The notes beneath the pieces were generated by a model, which saw nothing but the letters and a program-made list of their open reading frames with translations, was not told where the DNA came from and searched no databases. 64,000 bases of DNA from the NCBI RefSeq assembly GCF_009914755.1, contig NC_060939.1. One strand, given 5' to 3'. The position numbers and the translations under genes were made by a program. Within the stretch, counting starts at the first letter, position 1, and every line of letters starts with the position of its first letter. This document shows positions 26,780 to 41,529 of this stretch, piece by piece. This DNA comes from the human T2T-CHM13v2.0 reference genome, Homo sapiens.

Positions 26780-29760
26780 TAAGAGTTGGTTTTCTGAAAA
26801 AAAAAATAATAATAACAAAATAGATAGACTGCTAGCTAGACTAATAAAGAAGAAAAGAGAGAAAATCCAAATAAACACAATTAGGAATTACAAAGGAGAA
26901 AATGTAGGAGAAATGGATAAATTCCTGGACACATATACCCTCCTAAGACTGAACCAAGAAGAAATTGAATCCCTGAAAAGACTAATAACGAGCTCCAAAA
27001 TTGAATGAGTAGTAAAAAGCCTACCAACCAAAAATAGCCCAGGACCAGACAGATTCACATCCCAGTTTTACCAGATGTACAAAGGAGAGCTGATACCATT
27101 TCTACTGACACTATTTCAAAAAATTGAGGAGGAAAGACTCCTCCCTAACTCATTCTATAATGCCAGCATCATCCTGATGCCAAAACCTGGCAGAGACACA
27201 AAAAAGAGAAAATTTCAAGCCAGTATCCTCGATGAACATTGATGCAAAAATCCTCAACAAAATACTGGCAGACTGAATTCAGCAGCACATCAAAAAGCTT
27301 ATCCACCGTGATCAAGAAGCCTTTATCATTGGAATGCAAGGTTGGTTTAACATACCCAAGTCAATAAATGTGATTCATCACATAAACAGAACTAAAGACA
27401 AAAACCACATGATCATCTCAATAGATGCAGAAAAAGCTTTCAATAAAATTCAGCATCCCTTCTTGTTAAAAACTCTCAGCAAACTAGGTACTGAAGGAAC
27501 ATACCTCAAAATAATAAGAGTCATATTTGACAAATCCACAGCCCACATCATACTAAATGGGCAAAAGCTGGAAGCATTCCCCTTGAAAACTGGCACAATA
27601 CAAGGATGCCGTCTGTCACCACTCCTATTCAAAATGATATTGGAAGAAGTCCTGGCCAGAGCAGTCAGGCAAGAGGAAGAAATAAAGTGCATCCAGATAG
27701 AAAGAGAGGAAGTCAAACTATTCCTATTTGCAGATGACATGACTCTGTCTAGAAAACCCCATAGTCTCAGCCCAAAAGCTCCTTAAGCTAATAAACAACT
27801 TCAGCAAAGTCTCAGGATACAAAATCAACATATAATAATCATTAGCATTTCTATACACCAACAACAGTCAAGCCTAGAGCCAAATCAGGAGCATAGTCCC
27901 ATTCACAATTGCCTCAAAAAGAAGAAAATACCTAGGAATACAGCTAACCAGCGAGGTGAAAGATCTCTACAATGAGAACTACAAAACGCTGCTCAAAGAA
28001 ATCAGAGATAACACAAGCAAATAGAAAAACATTCCATGCTCATGGATAGGAAAAATCAATATTGTTGAAATGGCCATACTGCCCAAAGCAATTTATAGAT
28101 TCCGTGCTATTCCTGTCAAACTACCAATGACATTCTTCACAAAACTAGAAAAAACTATTTTAAAATTCATATTGAACCAAAAAAAAAAAAGAAAAAAAAA
28201 AGAGCCTGAATAACCAAGGCAGTCCTAAGCAAAAAGAACAAAGCAGGAGGCAATATGCTACCCAACCTCAAACTACTACAAGGCTGCAGTAACCAAAACA
28301 ACATGATACTGGCACAAAAACAGGCATGTAGACCAATGGAACAGAATAGAGGGCCCAGAAATAAGGTTGCACACCTACAACCATCTGATCTTTGACAAAG
28401 CTGACAAAAACAAGCAATGGGGAAAGGACTCCCTATTCAACAAGTGGTGCTGGGACAACTGGCAAGCCATATGCAGAAGATTGAAACTGGACTCCTTTCA
28501 TATACTGTATACAAAATTAACTCAAGATGGATTAAAGACTTAACAGTAAAACCCAAAACTATATAAAAACCCTGGAAGACAACCTAGGCATTACCATTCT
28601 GGACATGGGAATAGGCAAAGATTTCATGATGAGGATACCAAAAACAATTGGAACAAAAGCAAAATTGACAAATGGGATCTAATTAAACTAAACAGCTTCT
28701 GCACAGCTGAAGAAACTGTCAATAGAGTTAATAGACAATCTACAGAACGGGAGAAAATATTTACAAACTATGCATCTGACAAAGGTCTAATATCCAGCAT
28801 CTATAAGGAACTTAAGCAAATTTAAGAGAAAAAACAAACAGCCCCATTAAAAAGTGGGCAAAGAACATGAACAGACACTTTTCAAAAGAAGACATACATG
28901 TGGCCAACAAGCATGTGAAAAAAAGCTCAACATCACTGATCAATAGAAAAAAGCATATCAAAACCACAATGAAATACCACCTCACACCATTCAGAATGGC
29001 TGTTATTAAAAAGTGAAAAGGTAACAGATGCTGGCAAGGTTGCAGAGAAAGGACAATGCTTATACACTGCTGGTAGGAGTGTAAAATAGTTCAACCATTG
29101 TGGAAAGCAATGTGGTGTTTCCTCAAATAACTAAAAACAGAACTACCATTTGACCCAGCAATCCCATTACTAGGTATATACCCAAAGGAATACAAATCAT
29201 TCTGTCATAAAGACACATGCGCGTGTATGTTTACTGCAGCACCTGTTCACAATAGCAAAGACATGGAATAAACTTAAATGCCTATCAGTGGTAAACTGGA
29301 TAAAGAAAATGTGGTACGTATACACCATGGAATACTATGCAGCCATAAAAAGGAATGAGATATCTTGCCTGTGATCTGGTCTTTGATATTTTTTTCTTTT
29401 TTATTAAATTTATTTTTATATATATGAATGAGATCATGCCCTGTGCAGGAACATGGATGGAGTTGGAGGCCATTATCCTTAGCAAACTAATGCAGAAACA
29501 GAAAACCAAATACCACATGTTCTCACTTAGGAGTGGGAACTAAATGATGAGAACACGTGGACACATAGAGGGGAACAACAGACACTGGGGCCTACCTGAG
29601 AATAGAGGGTGGGAAGAGGAAGAGGATCAGGAAAAATAACTAATGGGTATTAGGCTTAACATCAGGGAGACAAAATGACAAAATAATCTGTACAACAAAC
29701 TCCTGTGACACACGAGTTTACCAACATAACACACCTGTGCATGTACCCCTGAACTTAAAT
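26780..29760 (+). mobile_element. 5'-truncated primate L1 (older L1PA-type; ORF2 RT region to 3' UTR), nested in an older L1M
   Basis: ORF track [35 protein letters not shown] and LFADDM (L1 RT); stops and frameshifts; older L1 text on both sides. Confidence 0.92.
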
Positions 29761-29789
29761 ATTTTTTTTAAATGAGCAAAAGATTTCTA

Positions 29790-30115
<326 letters not shown>

Positions 30116-30429
30116 AACCACATGTATTATATGCAAGTTAAATCTTAAAGTTGATTTTTCAAAGGGTTCCTCTATCAGACCTAAATTATACTTAAAAAAA
30201 AGTGCAATTTCAGAATATTTTCCTAGAATGTTTGTTTTGTAGATTTTAATAACTTTTCACGTTAGAAAATTGATACTTTTCATTGTAGAAAATTAGAATT
30301 TATTTATTTTAAGGCAAGAAATTGGTTTTCCTTTTCATTAAGTTGTCTTTTACAAATAAGGAATCTACATAGGAAATTGAACGCATGGGTTGATTTGTGA
30401 TTTTAATACATTGTTGCTGGTGACCAAAG

Positions 30430-30531
30430 GTGCCGTGTGGACAGGCGACAACACAGCAGAATGGAGCAACTTGAAAATTTCTATCCCAATGTTACTCACT
30501 CTCAGCATTACTGGGATCTCTTTTTGCGGAG
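30430..30531 (+). CDS. GANC: GANC coding exon (probable exon 16) carrying the acid/base Asp, AVWTGDN...SFCG
   Basis: accaaAG acceptor (weak), GTAAGA donor; WTGDN motif. Confidence 0.95.
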
Positions 30532-31340
30532 GTAAGATGAGTCCTTTGAGGCTTGAAGTGCAAGGAAATAAAAAATGAGGGTGTTTTCATCAAAGCTGGT
30601 TACAAATCCCTTCTCATTAGCTGTTGTGGGCAGACATAAATGTGGGAAAGAAAAAATGTGAGAAAGTGAAGAGGAGCGGATTAGAGAGGAGAGTGAAAGG
30701 CATGCCTCAGAGCTATTTCTATCTGGTCTCTGTTGAGGGCATGAAATCAAGTTGTCAGAAAGGGAGCCAGAGCCATTTTCTTATCACTTCCTTCCTAGAC
30801 GCTCTTGATAACTAAGTTTCTCTTCCTGACAGCTATCTTCTTGAAAGTGAGAAAAATAGAACTACAAGGAATTTAGCAAATCAGAAAGTCAGCCTTACAG
30901 AAATTCTTTTTACTCAGCAGATTTAAAATTCTGTGGCATATTTTAACTGTACTAAAACAAAAACATATGCTCTTGAGAAAGATGAATTTAGTTAAAATAA
31001 GATTTTCCAATGGACTATCTTCCCTGCATCCTAAGAATTCTCTGTAGATGAGCGATCTCAATATGGAGGGGGCTCAAGATGGCTGCAGTTCCAGCTGCTC
31101 TTTGTTTCCTGTAGGAGTAGAAGCAAATTAATATCATTCTTTTGATGCATGTGTTTTTATTGCATTGGTCCATGTACAATACAAGGAATATGTATATACC
31201 ACTCAGTGGCCCAGCATGGAATTCTATTCTGATAATCAGAACCTCTACTTCTGATTATCTGCTTCTCTTCAGTTCTTTCTGTTTTTATCTTAGTTCAGCT
31301 GTTGCTTCCAAAGGAAATCAGTTGCCAACCACCCCCCTCC

Positions 31341-31342
<2 letters not shown>

Positions 31343-31392
<50 letters not shown>
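31343..31392. repeat. (CA)25 microsatellite
   Basis: Uninterrupted CA run. Confidence 0.97.
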
Positions 31393-31395
<3 letters not shown>

Positions 31396-31702
31396 ATTTA
31401 ATCAGGCAGACATTTTTCAGTGTCTGGGTTATCTGGTTTGGGGAACATACAGGAATATTGATCTTGAAATAAAGCCTCTGACCTTTCGACAAGAAAGTAA
31501 TATTCTAAGAGCCCATTGTCAGATCCCCAAACAGGCTGAATTATGTAGTAAGGGGGTCACCTGTTTGAGGCCACGGCTTTATCCTGTCATTTGAAGTGCA
31601 TATACTGCACTTTTCTCCTGTCGGTCTTCAAGACCTTAATTTCCCTGTGTGCATCATTTATCCAAAGCTTGGTTGCCTCACTTGGCCTTCTTTTGCTTCC
31701 AG

Positions 31703-31946
31703 CTGACATAGGCGGGTTCATTGGGAATCCAGAGACAGAGCTGCTAGTGCGTTGGTACCAGGCTGGAGCCTACCAGCCCTTCTTCCGTGGCCATGCCACC
31801 ATGAACACCAAGCGACGAGAGCCCTGGCTCTTTGGGGAGGAACACACCCGACTCATCCGAGAAGCCATCAGAGAGCGCTATGGCCTCCTGCCATATTGGT
31901 ATTCTCTGTTCTACCATGCACACGTGGCTTCCCAACCTGTCATGAG
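31703..31946 (+). CDS. GANC: GANC coding exon (probable exon 17), ADIGGF...[15 protein letters not shown]...PVMR
   Basis: cttccAG acceptor, GTAAAA donor; GH31 second signature GADIGGF and PFFRGH. Confidence 0.96.
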
Positions 31947-32371
31947 GTAAAAAAGCTTCATCCATTCAGGGACCCCAGCAACCAATCTGTAATAGAAGAT
32001 CTCAGTGATTAAAGAATGCAATAATTACAGTGATTTCAAGAGAAAGGTGAAGAAAAGCTACATGTTTAATCAAGTTTCAATAAGCTTATTGAGCAGCGCG
32101 GTGAACAGGGTGCTGGCTGTTGGGGACACAGAAGATAAAAACTGCTACTGCTTTGTGACTAAAGTATGAATATTTGATAGGAGACAGAATAGAGATATTT
32201 CAAAGAAAAAGGAAGTGGCTTTGTAATAAAATTCATTCAGTATTTAACCTATCAGTATCTTCTCATGAAGAATAACTTATTTTGCCAGGCTTAGGCTTGA
32301 ATCATATGAAAAAGAGTCTTGGCTCTTTGGCACGTTCCCATTTCCTTTGAATAGTTATAAAACTGAAAATA

Positions 32372-32651
<280 letters not shown>

Positions 32652-32723
32652 CTAAAAATATAAGTGATTGATTGCAATAAGATGTCTATAATGTTAAAAC
32701 AATAATTTTTTTTCTTTCCCCAG

Positions 32724-32788
32724 GCCTCTGTGGGTAGAGTTCCCTGATGAACTAAAGACTTTTGATATGGAAGATGAATACATGCTGG
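32724..32788 (+). CDS. GANC: GANC coding exon (probable exon 18), PLWVEFPDELKTFDMEDEYMLG
   Basis: Strong pyrimidine tract plus CAG, GTGAGC donor; phases match both neighbours. Confidence 0.94.
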
Positions 32789-32801
32789 GTGAGCATTTCT
32801 G

Positions 32802-33097
32802 TTTTTTTTTTTTTTTTTGAGACGGAGTCTCACTCTGTCACCTAGGCTGGAGTGCAGTGATGCTATCTCGGCTCACTGCAACCTCCGCCTCCCGGTTTCA
32901 AGAAATTGTCTGCCTCAGCCTCCTGAGCAGCTGGGATTACAGGTGCCCGCCACCATGCCCGGCTAATTTTTGTATTTTTAGTAGAGACAGGGTTTCATCA
33001 TCTTGGCCAGGCTGGTCTTGAACTCCTGACCTCATGATCCACCCACCTTGGCCTCCCAAAGTGCTGGGATTACAGGCGTGAGCCACTAGGCCTGGCC
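32802..33097 (-). mobile_element. Alu
   Basis: Full dimer; TSD AGCATTTCT at 32792-32800 and 33099-33107. Confidence 0.95.
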
Positions 33098-33595
33098 AAG
33101 CATTTCTTGATTAATTACAGTCATTATAAAAAGTGTAATTACGTTTTTATTATATTTTCTAATATAAGAGCAATAAAAAAGTTCCTAATTCCAAGAAAGA
33201 CAAAAAATAAAAATATAGGAAATTCCTTCACCAAGATTTCTAATGCATTATTAGTAGGATCATACCTCCATTCTGTTGTGATGTAGCATTTCTCATAATA
33301 TTGTTCTTGCTGACTTATTTGTGGATGTCGTTTAGGATTCTTGTTCTGGGTTCACTCCTCTAATCCTGTGAGATCACTTGGGGGAAGGGAAGTAGAAAAA
33401 AACAGCCCAGGTGGTGATAGTAAAAAACCAGAAGAGCTTATTTCATATGCAATAATAGGGTTTTTCTTTGGTTGACCTCTTCTTTAACAAAGATTAACTA
33501 TCAAATCCAGAACATAGAATTTTACCAGCTTAGTAGCAGGGCTCAAGAAGCCAGGCTAAATATACTGTTCCCCAAAGGGTGACTCTCATTTCTGA

Positions 33596-33904
<309 letters not shown>

Positions 33905-34335
33905 TGAGTTCTTTTAAGTCTCCACTCATCATTAGGTCTCAGTTTAATAGTCACTGCCTTGGAGAAACTTCCCTGACCACTCCTGGTTTCCTTATACCTT
34001 ATTCTACCTAGTAAAAATCAGCCCCTCTTATTATGTAACTTTCATTCCATTTTGTAATTTGGTCTCTTTTGGTATTTGTCTTAATTCTAATTAATTTGTA
34101 ATTATTTTTTAATATTTGTTTTCACTAACTGTAAACTCCGTAAGGTCAGGAGCCACGCTTGTCTTATTGGCCACTATATCCCCAGAGCCTAGCATGGTGC
34201 CCGGCATGCAGTAGGCACTCGAAATAAGTATTTATTGAATAAAAGAGCAAAGTAGTAAGTGGGTGAATTTTACATACGTGTTGTGCCAAAGTCAAAGCAA
34301 ATTTAATAATCCAGATTGCCTTTAAGAAAACTAGA

Positions 34336-34648
34336 GGCCAGGCATGGTGGCTCATGCCTGTAATCCCAACACTGTGGGAGGTCGAGTATGAGATCGCTTA
34401 AATTGAGGAGTTTGAGATTAGCCTGGGCAATATAGCAAGACCCTGTCTCTACAAAAAATTTAAAAATTAGCTGGGCACGTTGGGTGTGTACCTGTCATCC
34501 TAGCTACTCAGAGGCTGAGGCTGGAGGATTACATGAGCCCAGGAGTTAGAGGTTGCAGTAGGCTGTGATTGCACTGCTGCACTCCCACTTGGGGAACAGA
34601 GTGAGACCCTGTCTCCTGTCTCTAAGGAAAAAAAAAAAGAAAAAGAAA
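34336..34648 (+). mobile_element. Alu (AluJ-type)
   Basis: Diverged dimer. Confidence 0.92.
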
Positions 34649-35111
34649 ACTGCAGCCTCTCTGATGATAACTCCAAGCAAGAGGGTCTGAGCACCCACAC
34701 TGACCACACTTCTGGATAATAGTTGTGGGCTCCCCATCTTCAGCTTCACTGACAGCAAACAGTAAAGCACTTGGAAAGGAGCAATGGGGGTGCTTTGACT
34801 ACTGACACATTAGCAGTTAGACACAAAATGAGACCGATGGACTGTGTCAGAGTCCCTTCCTATAATCTCAGTATACCCAGAGTGCATTAATGACAGGCGA
34901 TGACCTTTTTGAGCTCACCTCTTTGAGCGCCTGCCCTCTTTCTATCAGTGCATCTCTCTAACAAATCATTGGTTCAAGTCAGTCTCTGCCTCTCCAAAGT
35001 TCACAGCTGGGAGGTCTGTAACACCATGATAGCTAGCACTCAGTTAAAGAGAAAGGAGATTTTTAGACCTCTTATAATGATACTCAACTTTATTTCCTCT
35101 CCATTACTTAG

Positions 35112-35188
35112 GGAGTGCATTATTGGTTCATCCAGTCACAGAACCAAAAGCCACCACAGTTGATGTGTTTCTTCCAGGATCAAATGAG
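35112..35188 (+). CDS. GANC: GANC coding exon (probable exon 19), SALLVHPVTEPKATTVDVFLPGSNE
   Basis: AG 35110-35111, GTAAGA donor; LLVHPV...VFLP motif. Confidence 0.94.
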
Positions 35189-36174
35189 GTAAGAGTAATA
35201 ACAGCCACATATCTGATATGTCTCATATCTCTCATCCCTTCTTTTCTTTTAGGAAAGAGATTTCTTCATCATGTGTTTGTGAACACACCCCAGATGACTA
35301 TAGCAAGTAATTATTATAATAAGTCATGACCACTGTCCTCAGAGGTCAAGAAACTTAATGGAGGAGAGGAGGGAGAAAGATGAATTGGTGAGGATTCCAA
35401 GGAGGATCAGAATGATTTTTAGTCTTCACACTTTGACTAGTAAAAGTGAGTCCTGATAAACACACCGAGGCTTGGGGTAGGAAGAAATCTTCAGTCTGCT
35501 ATGAGGTATCAAACTCTGGGGGAAAGCAGATATGAAGTGACTTTGCTCTTTGGTCTGGCTCTATCTGAAGCCTGAGTTTTTGGTACCAAAAGCTGGTCTC
35601 AATACACTCACTGAAGTGGGTAAAAAGTAAAAATAGTGACTCCCCTCCCACATTCCTCTGCTCTTTTATTAGTTATTGTCACTAATTACTGTCCCAGGTA
35701 TAAAATATCATCCTAGACCTGCTGGAGCCCAGGGCACTGAACCCAGGCAGGGCACAGGGGAGAGGAGGGAATACCAGCGGTCTGCAGGCAGAGAGCCATG
35801 GGTAATAAGAGCAGCCTTCAGAGACAGGCCACAGATAAATCCAGAAGGGCCAGGAGAAGAGCTGGAGCAAAACTCAGGTCACCAGACTAAGGGAGGAGGG
35901 TGTGGAAGGGAGAGCAGGAAGGAGACAGACCCTAGAGAGCATCCTTGAGCACGGGAGCATGCCACAGGGTTCAGCAGGCAGGGGAAGAGCCACGCAGGTA
36001 TGGAGCTGGCATGGGACTGCCAGGCCACATAGTCATGGACTGTCAAGGCAAGTGGCAAGGTAGCTGAGCCAGGCCACGCTTGCTGCTCAGTACTGTCAGG
36101 TGCTGGGCTGGCAACCCCATGAAACCACATCCAGCGCCGTGCTCTCCCTCAACATAGCTTTACATGTTTGGTTG

Positions 36175-36630
36175 TTCTTTTAGTTTCTTGAGGCTTCTGT
36201 AACAAATTACCTCAAACCTAGTGGTTTAAAACAACAAAACTTTATTCTCTCACAATTCTGGAGGCTTGAAGTCTGAAATCAAGGTGTCATCAGGGTTGGT
36301 TTCTTCTGGAGGCCCTGAGGGAGAATCTGTTCATGCCTCCCTCTTAGCTTCTGGAGGTTGCCAGCAACCCTGGGCTTCCTTGGTTTGTAGCCACGTCACT
36401 GCAGTCTCGCCTATCTTCATGTTGCCTTTTCCTCTGTGTGTCTCTGTCTATCTCTTATAAGGACACTTGTGGTCACATTGAAGGCCCACCTGGATAATCT
36501 GGGATAACCTCCTTGTCTCAGGATCTTTAACTTAATCAAACCTGTGACCATAGAAGGTAATATTCATTCCTTCCAGGGATTGTGACGTGAGTACATCTTT
36601 TTGAGGGGCGACGGTTCCATCTGCTATGCT
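36175..36630 (-). mobile_element. MLT1-type (MaLR) LTR
   Basis: ctgtaacaaattac...tttattctctcacaattctggaggc...aaggtgtc MLT1 text. Confidence 0.75.
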
Positions 36631-37791
36631 TGTCATTATTGACAGAACAGTAACCAGGCTTCTCTCCAGAATGTTCATGAACTATGGTCTATTCTCTTGG
36701 TTTCTCCAGTTATTTGGAGTTCTGAAGATGAGGGCTCTTTACTAAGGTTCCCCTGCCAAGTAGAAACCTGAGGAAAAGGTTAAATGCAACAACTGCTGAG
36801 TAAATGCCCTGCCAGATATTTTTGCTGAGAATTTCTCAAGTTGATTCCAGCAAAGTGGTGGGTTCCCATTAAGAGGAACTGGCTCCCTTTCCGACTTAGT
36901 CACAGAGTTTTATTCGTGATCTATCATCATTCCAAACACGTCGTTGTGAGTGTGTATTATGTTCCTTCAGCACTATTTCCTGGACTGTTCTGTGATTGTT
37001 TCTCTTGCTTCACAAACCTGCCGTATAAAGGATGTGGTAATCCCTGGAGGTGAACTTGCAAAATAGACTCCAGGGCTGCCAGAAAGTGTACTGAGCTAGA
37101 AGAAAGAAAAAGATGTTTGCTTTCATTCTGCTTCTGATGATATCTTAAGAATTTATCCCATCAAATTACTTTAGAGACCTTATTGGTACTTCAGCAACTA
37201 AACCCCCTTGATAGATAACAACCTTATCTTTGAATTGTGCTTTGTTTAAAAAAAAAAAAAAGATACTATAATAGTAATTCAAGTTTCCATTTTTTTCCTC
37301 CCAGATATGTTTCCTTCTCTGATGCTTCCTTTTCTCCTGCCTCTTTTGTAATTGATTTGCCTGCAATGTGCTTGTCTTCTTTGTTGTTTTTTTTTCTTTT
37401 CTCCATCACCTCTTTCACTACTAGAAGCATTAAGTTTTTATAAGCCAAATGGACTATAAGATCCATGAGGACAGGAACTATGTCTTTTCTGTTCAGTCTT
37501 GTATATTCAGCACCTGGCACAGTGCTGGGCACATGGTAGATTGTTCAGTCGGTAGCTTTTGGATGAATAGAAAACAAATGGCCTTTTAGTTAAATTAATC
37601 AGCCATAGTCTTTTGGGATCTTCCTAAAAGCACGTATTCTTCCTAACTTCTACCCAATATATTTTTTAAGTTATATTTATTTTAGCTTTCTGGTTATTTG
37701 AAATCCAGGTAAGTGGATATTTTGCTGACTAATGAAATGGTGAGCAGAGTTGCTTATGTACTCTTTTTTACTGGACTCTGTTACTTTCTAG

Positions 37792-37866
37792 GTCTGGTAT
37801 GACTATAAGACATTTGCTCATTGGGAAGGAGGGTGTACTGTAAAGATCCCAGTAGCCTTGGACACT
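37792..37866 (+). CDS. GANC: GANC coding exon (probable exon 20), VWYDYKTFAHWEGGCTVKIPVALDT
   Basis: ctttctAG acceptor, GTAAGT donor; WYD motif. Confidence 0.94.
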
Positions 37867-37904
37867 GTAAGTTATTTTCAGACTACTATTTTTACCTATC
37901 ATGC

Positions 37905-38284
37905 TCTATTGGTCGGCTAGGGCTGCCATGACAAAATACCACAGACTGGGTGGTTTTACCCAACAGAAACTTATTTTCTCGAAGTTTTGGAGGCTGGAAG
38001 TTCCAGATCAAGGTGCCAGCCGATTCTGTTCCTGGTGAGAGATCTTTTCCTGGCCTATAGACTGCTACCTTCTTGCTGTGCCTACACATGGCAGAGAGAG
38101 ATAAAGAGAAGGTGCTGTCTCAGTTTTCTTCTTACAAGGACACTGTTCCTGTCGTTTCAGGACCCCATCCTTATGACCACATTTTTAACCTTAGTTAACT
38201 CCATAAAGGCCTGATCTCCAAATATCTCAGGCTTGGGGATTCAGCATATGAATTTGGGGGACATACAAACATTCAGTCCATAAT
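37905..38284 (-). mobile_element. MLT1A-type (MaLR) LTR
   Basis: gggctgccatgacaaaataccacagactggg...gaatttgggggacatacaaacattcagtccata. Confidence 0.78.
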
Positions 38285-40136
38285 GTGTTCCTCTGTAAAA
38301 AGAACCAAGGATGCTAGTGTTCTGCACAATAGCACATATGCATAGAGACAGAAGGTAGGTCCGGGGGTGCCTAGTGCTGGGGCAGAGGAGGGTTAAGGAG
38401 TCATGGGGAATGACTGTAAACTGGTCCAGGGTTTCTTTTTGGGGTGATGAAAATGCTTTAAAATTGAGTGTGGTGATGGTTGCATGACTCTGAATATGCT
38501 GAAAACTGTTTAATTGTATACTTTAAATTGGTGAGTTGTATGGTATATGAATTCTATCAAAGCTGTAAAATGTGAGAAAAAAAGTTAAAAATCACATCTA
38601 CTCTGATTTCACAGAATGAGACATCAGAGACAAACACACCTCTTCCCCGTATGTTTACATTTGTGTGTCTAAGAAGAACAAAAACACTGAAAACAAAAAA
38701 CATGGTAGTCACCATATGTGCCATCTGGAATATCATTCTACAGGATTAAGGCAAAAAACAGGAGTTTTCAGTTGTAATCCTGGGCCCAGGGGAATGCATC
38801 AGTTATGATGTTAAAATCAAAGTGGTCCATCCAGGCTATCTTGAGTTTCTAAAGGGAACTTTCTTTCTACACCTGAATTACAACCACTGCCACACTACTA
38901 CAGGCCCAAAGTAGTGTGAAGATTAATAGATACTGATATTATTTTGTAAACCATCAGCAGCAATATGAACCCCATTATTTAAAAAAATAGTTTCAGATAC
39001 CAACTTTCAGATCTAGAAGAGAACTTAACAATTATCTACTCTAATCCCTCACACAGGTAAAAAACCCTGAGATTCAGAGAAGTTAAATTATTTGTCCAGG
39101 AACACAGCAAACTTGTGGCAGAATTGAGACAAGCCCCCAGGTGCATTCCCTTGGGCTGGACTCCCATTCTGGAACCCATTTCACTCTAACTTATGGCCTT
39201 GTTCTTTGAAAAAAAAAAAAAAAAAGAAGAGAGAGATTGGCCAGTGAGGAAGGGGCATGTGTGGGGAGATGGAAGTGCTTTACTTCTCACTGCCGAGGCA
39301 AGTTAAGCAGAGGTGGGACATCTGAACTACTGAGTCCTCAGTCTCAACTTCATGTATGTTCTTGTACTCTCCTGCATGCTCATTCTTGAGTCAGAGCAAA
39401 GCACAAGCCCTTCTCTGACACAGGCAGCTTCCTTATAGGAGGTGGGAAACCTACCCTGGCATTGCTACCTGGAGTGCCATTCCAGAAGACTCATAGTTAT
39501 GGGCCTGTTGTTAGGGTCTCTTAAAGTACCCTTGGTAGTCTCTAATGTAAGAGCAGCAGTTTCACAGATTTACCCTCAGAATTGAGTCAGTCATCCAGGT
39601 AATCCATGTAATCCAAACAGGGAGCAAGAGGGGACAGGCTGCAGTGAGTGAGGACAAAAGTCATCTGTCCAAACCAAGAAACCACCATCAGTTATACATA
39701 CACACATACACAGACTTCTGGGCCCACTCACACAGACAGAAAACTTCACTCTTCAGCAGGGTTCTGGAAATAAGCATGTATATACTACACTGATAGGAAA
39801 ATTTAAAATACAAAATAGGAAAAGCCACTTATAGGATGGGCAGAAAGGAATTCATCACTTAAGAGGAAAAAACAGCAAAGACAGGTATAGATAACAAACC
39901 AATGAAGGGTGGGAAGTTTCCCTAATAATTAAAAAGTGGACCATTCTTCAGCGTTAGAGCTCTTTTCCTTTTAATGCCAGGACCCCCATATTTGCCATCT
40001 CTGTGCCCCAAAATTTATTTTGCCTACAAATCCGTACTTGTAGACTGTGAATTTTATAAAATGAAATATTTTTAAATTCTACCTTGAAATTTTCTTATAT
40101 GAATACTGCTTCCCTGAGCGTGCTGCTCTGTTACAG

Positions 40137-40250
40137 ATTCCAGTGTTTCAGCGAGGTGGAAGTGTGATACCAATAAAGACAACTGTAGGAAAATCCACAG
40201 GCTGGATGACTGAATCCTCCTATGGACTCCGGGTTGCTCTAAGCACTAAG
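40137..40250 (+). CDS. GANC: GANC coding exon (probable exon 21), IPVFQRGGSVIP...ALSTK
   Basis: gttacAG acceptor, GTATTT donor; IPVFQRGG motif. Confidence 0.95.
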
Positions 40251-41416
40251 GTATTTGGTAAATCTGTTACTCATTTTGTTTCTACTCTTTCTTTACAGTG
40301 ATAGCCTTTTGAGTGTGTGACACTACGTAAAAGTGGTGAGCTCCTGACATTTATCTAGAAATCAAGGTTTGAATCATTTCTGAATCATTGTTCAGCTTGT
40401 CTGCCTTCCTTGGAATTGTTCTTAAGGGAACCTTTGAGATCTAGGAATGACAGAAATGTTCCTCTTGGGCACTGTGAGTGTTGGTGCTCTTCAACTTGAC
40501 GTTGATTACTACTGGAGTGAATGCTTTTTGGGCCATAGACAGCCTTCCCACGTGGATTAGCCCTGAAACCCAGTCTCCCATAAAACGGTACCCATGTCTA
40601 TGCACCATTTCAGAGATCCCAGTCCCAACCAGTGATTTCTTATCAGGTAGCTCCAACAACTAAAACCCCCTTGGGCAAAGCCTGGGAGGATCCAGAAGTG
40701 ATGTGTCCTTTTCAGATTTTTTAAGCCTAGTGAGGCCTGTAGCAGATTCCTCTCCTGTCCATTTGTTCAAACCTAGTACAGGGCCAAACACCAACCCTTA
40801 CTCTTACTATATTAATACTCACTTGCATTGATATCAATATTATAAAATAATTCAGTTGTAGGGTTTTTTTTCCCCTATCTTTTTCACTTAGGCATGTCTT
40901 CTTGGGCCAAACTATGGGTCCCAGACCCATGTGAGGCCCCAGAATAAATACAAAAGACTAGCGATCCATATCCTCCTACTAAAAATAAAAATAAATTTAA
41001 AAAAAGGAAGCAGATACCATTCTCTGAGTGGAGGGTCTTCTAAAGATAGTTGATGTCATCTATTATGTATTAATTTTTTTTAACATCGTTGTCATTCAAT
41101 GAACTTTCTTGGCCTTGTTGTCACATTCTGGTGGAGTATTTTCAGGGAATCCACTTATACCACTGAACATACTTCACAGTTTAAATTCTTTGAACAAAGC
41201 CTAACTCTTTGTGCTCCTCTTATGTGACTTTCCTATTGTTTTACTATCTACTCAGGAGTGATTGGCTATTGAATATGTTAGGTATTTGTACGACTACTTT
41301 ATATAGCTTGAATTTTTCACAAACTTTTTACTCTGTTGTTACCCTTTAGGAGCTGACATTCTTTTCCTGTAAAGCTATCATATAAGCACATTCTGTCTCT
41401 GTGATTCATTCTCCAG

Positions 41417-41529
41417 GGTTCTTCAGTGGGTGAGTTATATCTTGATGATGGCCATTCATTCCAATACCTCCACCAGAAGCAATTTTTGCACAGGAAGTTT
41501 TCATTCTGTTCCAGTGTTCTGATCAATAG
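41417..41529 (+). CDS. GANC: GANC coding exon (probable exon 22), GSSVGELYLDDGHSF...VLINS
   Basis: ttctccAG acceptor, GTAATG donor; GELYLDDG motif. Confidence 0.95.

Noticed and set aside
27334-27786. 150-aa reverse-transcriptase-like ORF
   Set aside because: Fragment of a truncated, frameshifted L1 ORF2, not a gene or active element
31142-31594. 150-aa ORF with a (HT)n tract
   Set aside because: Read-through of the (CA)25 microsatellite
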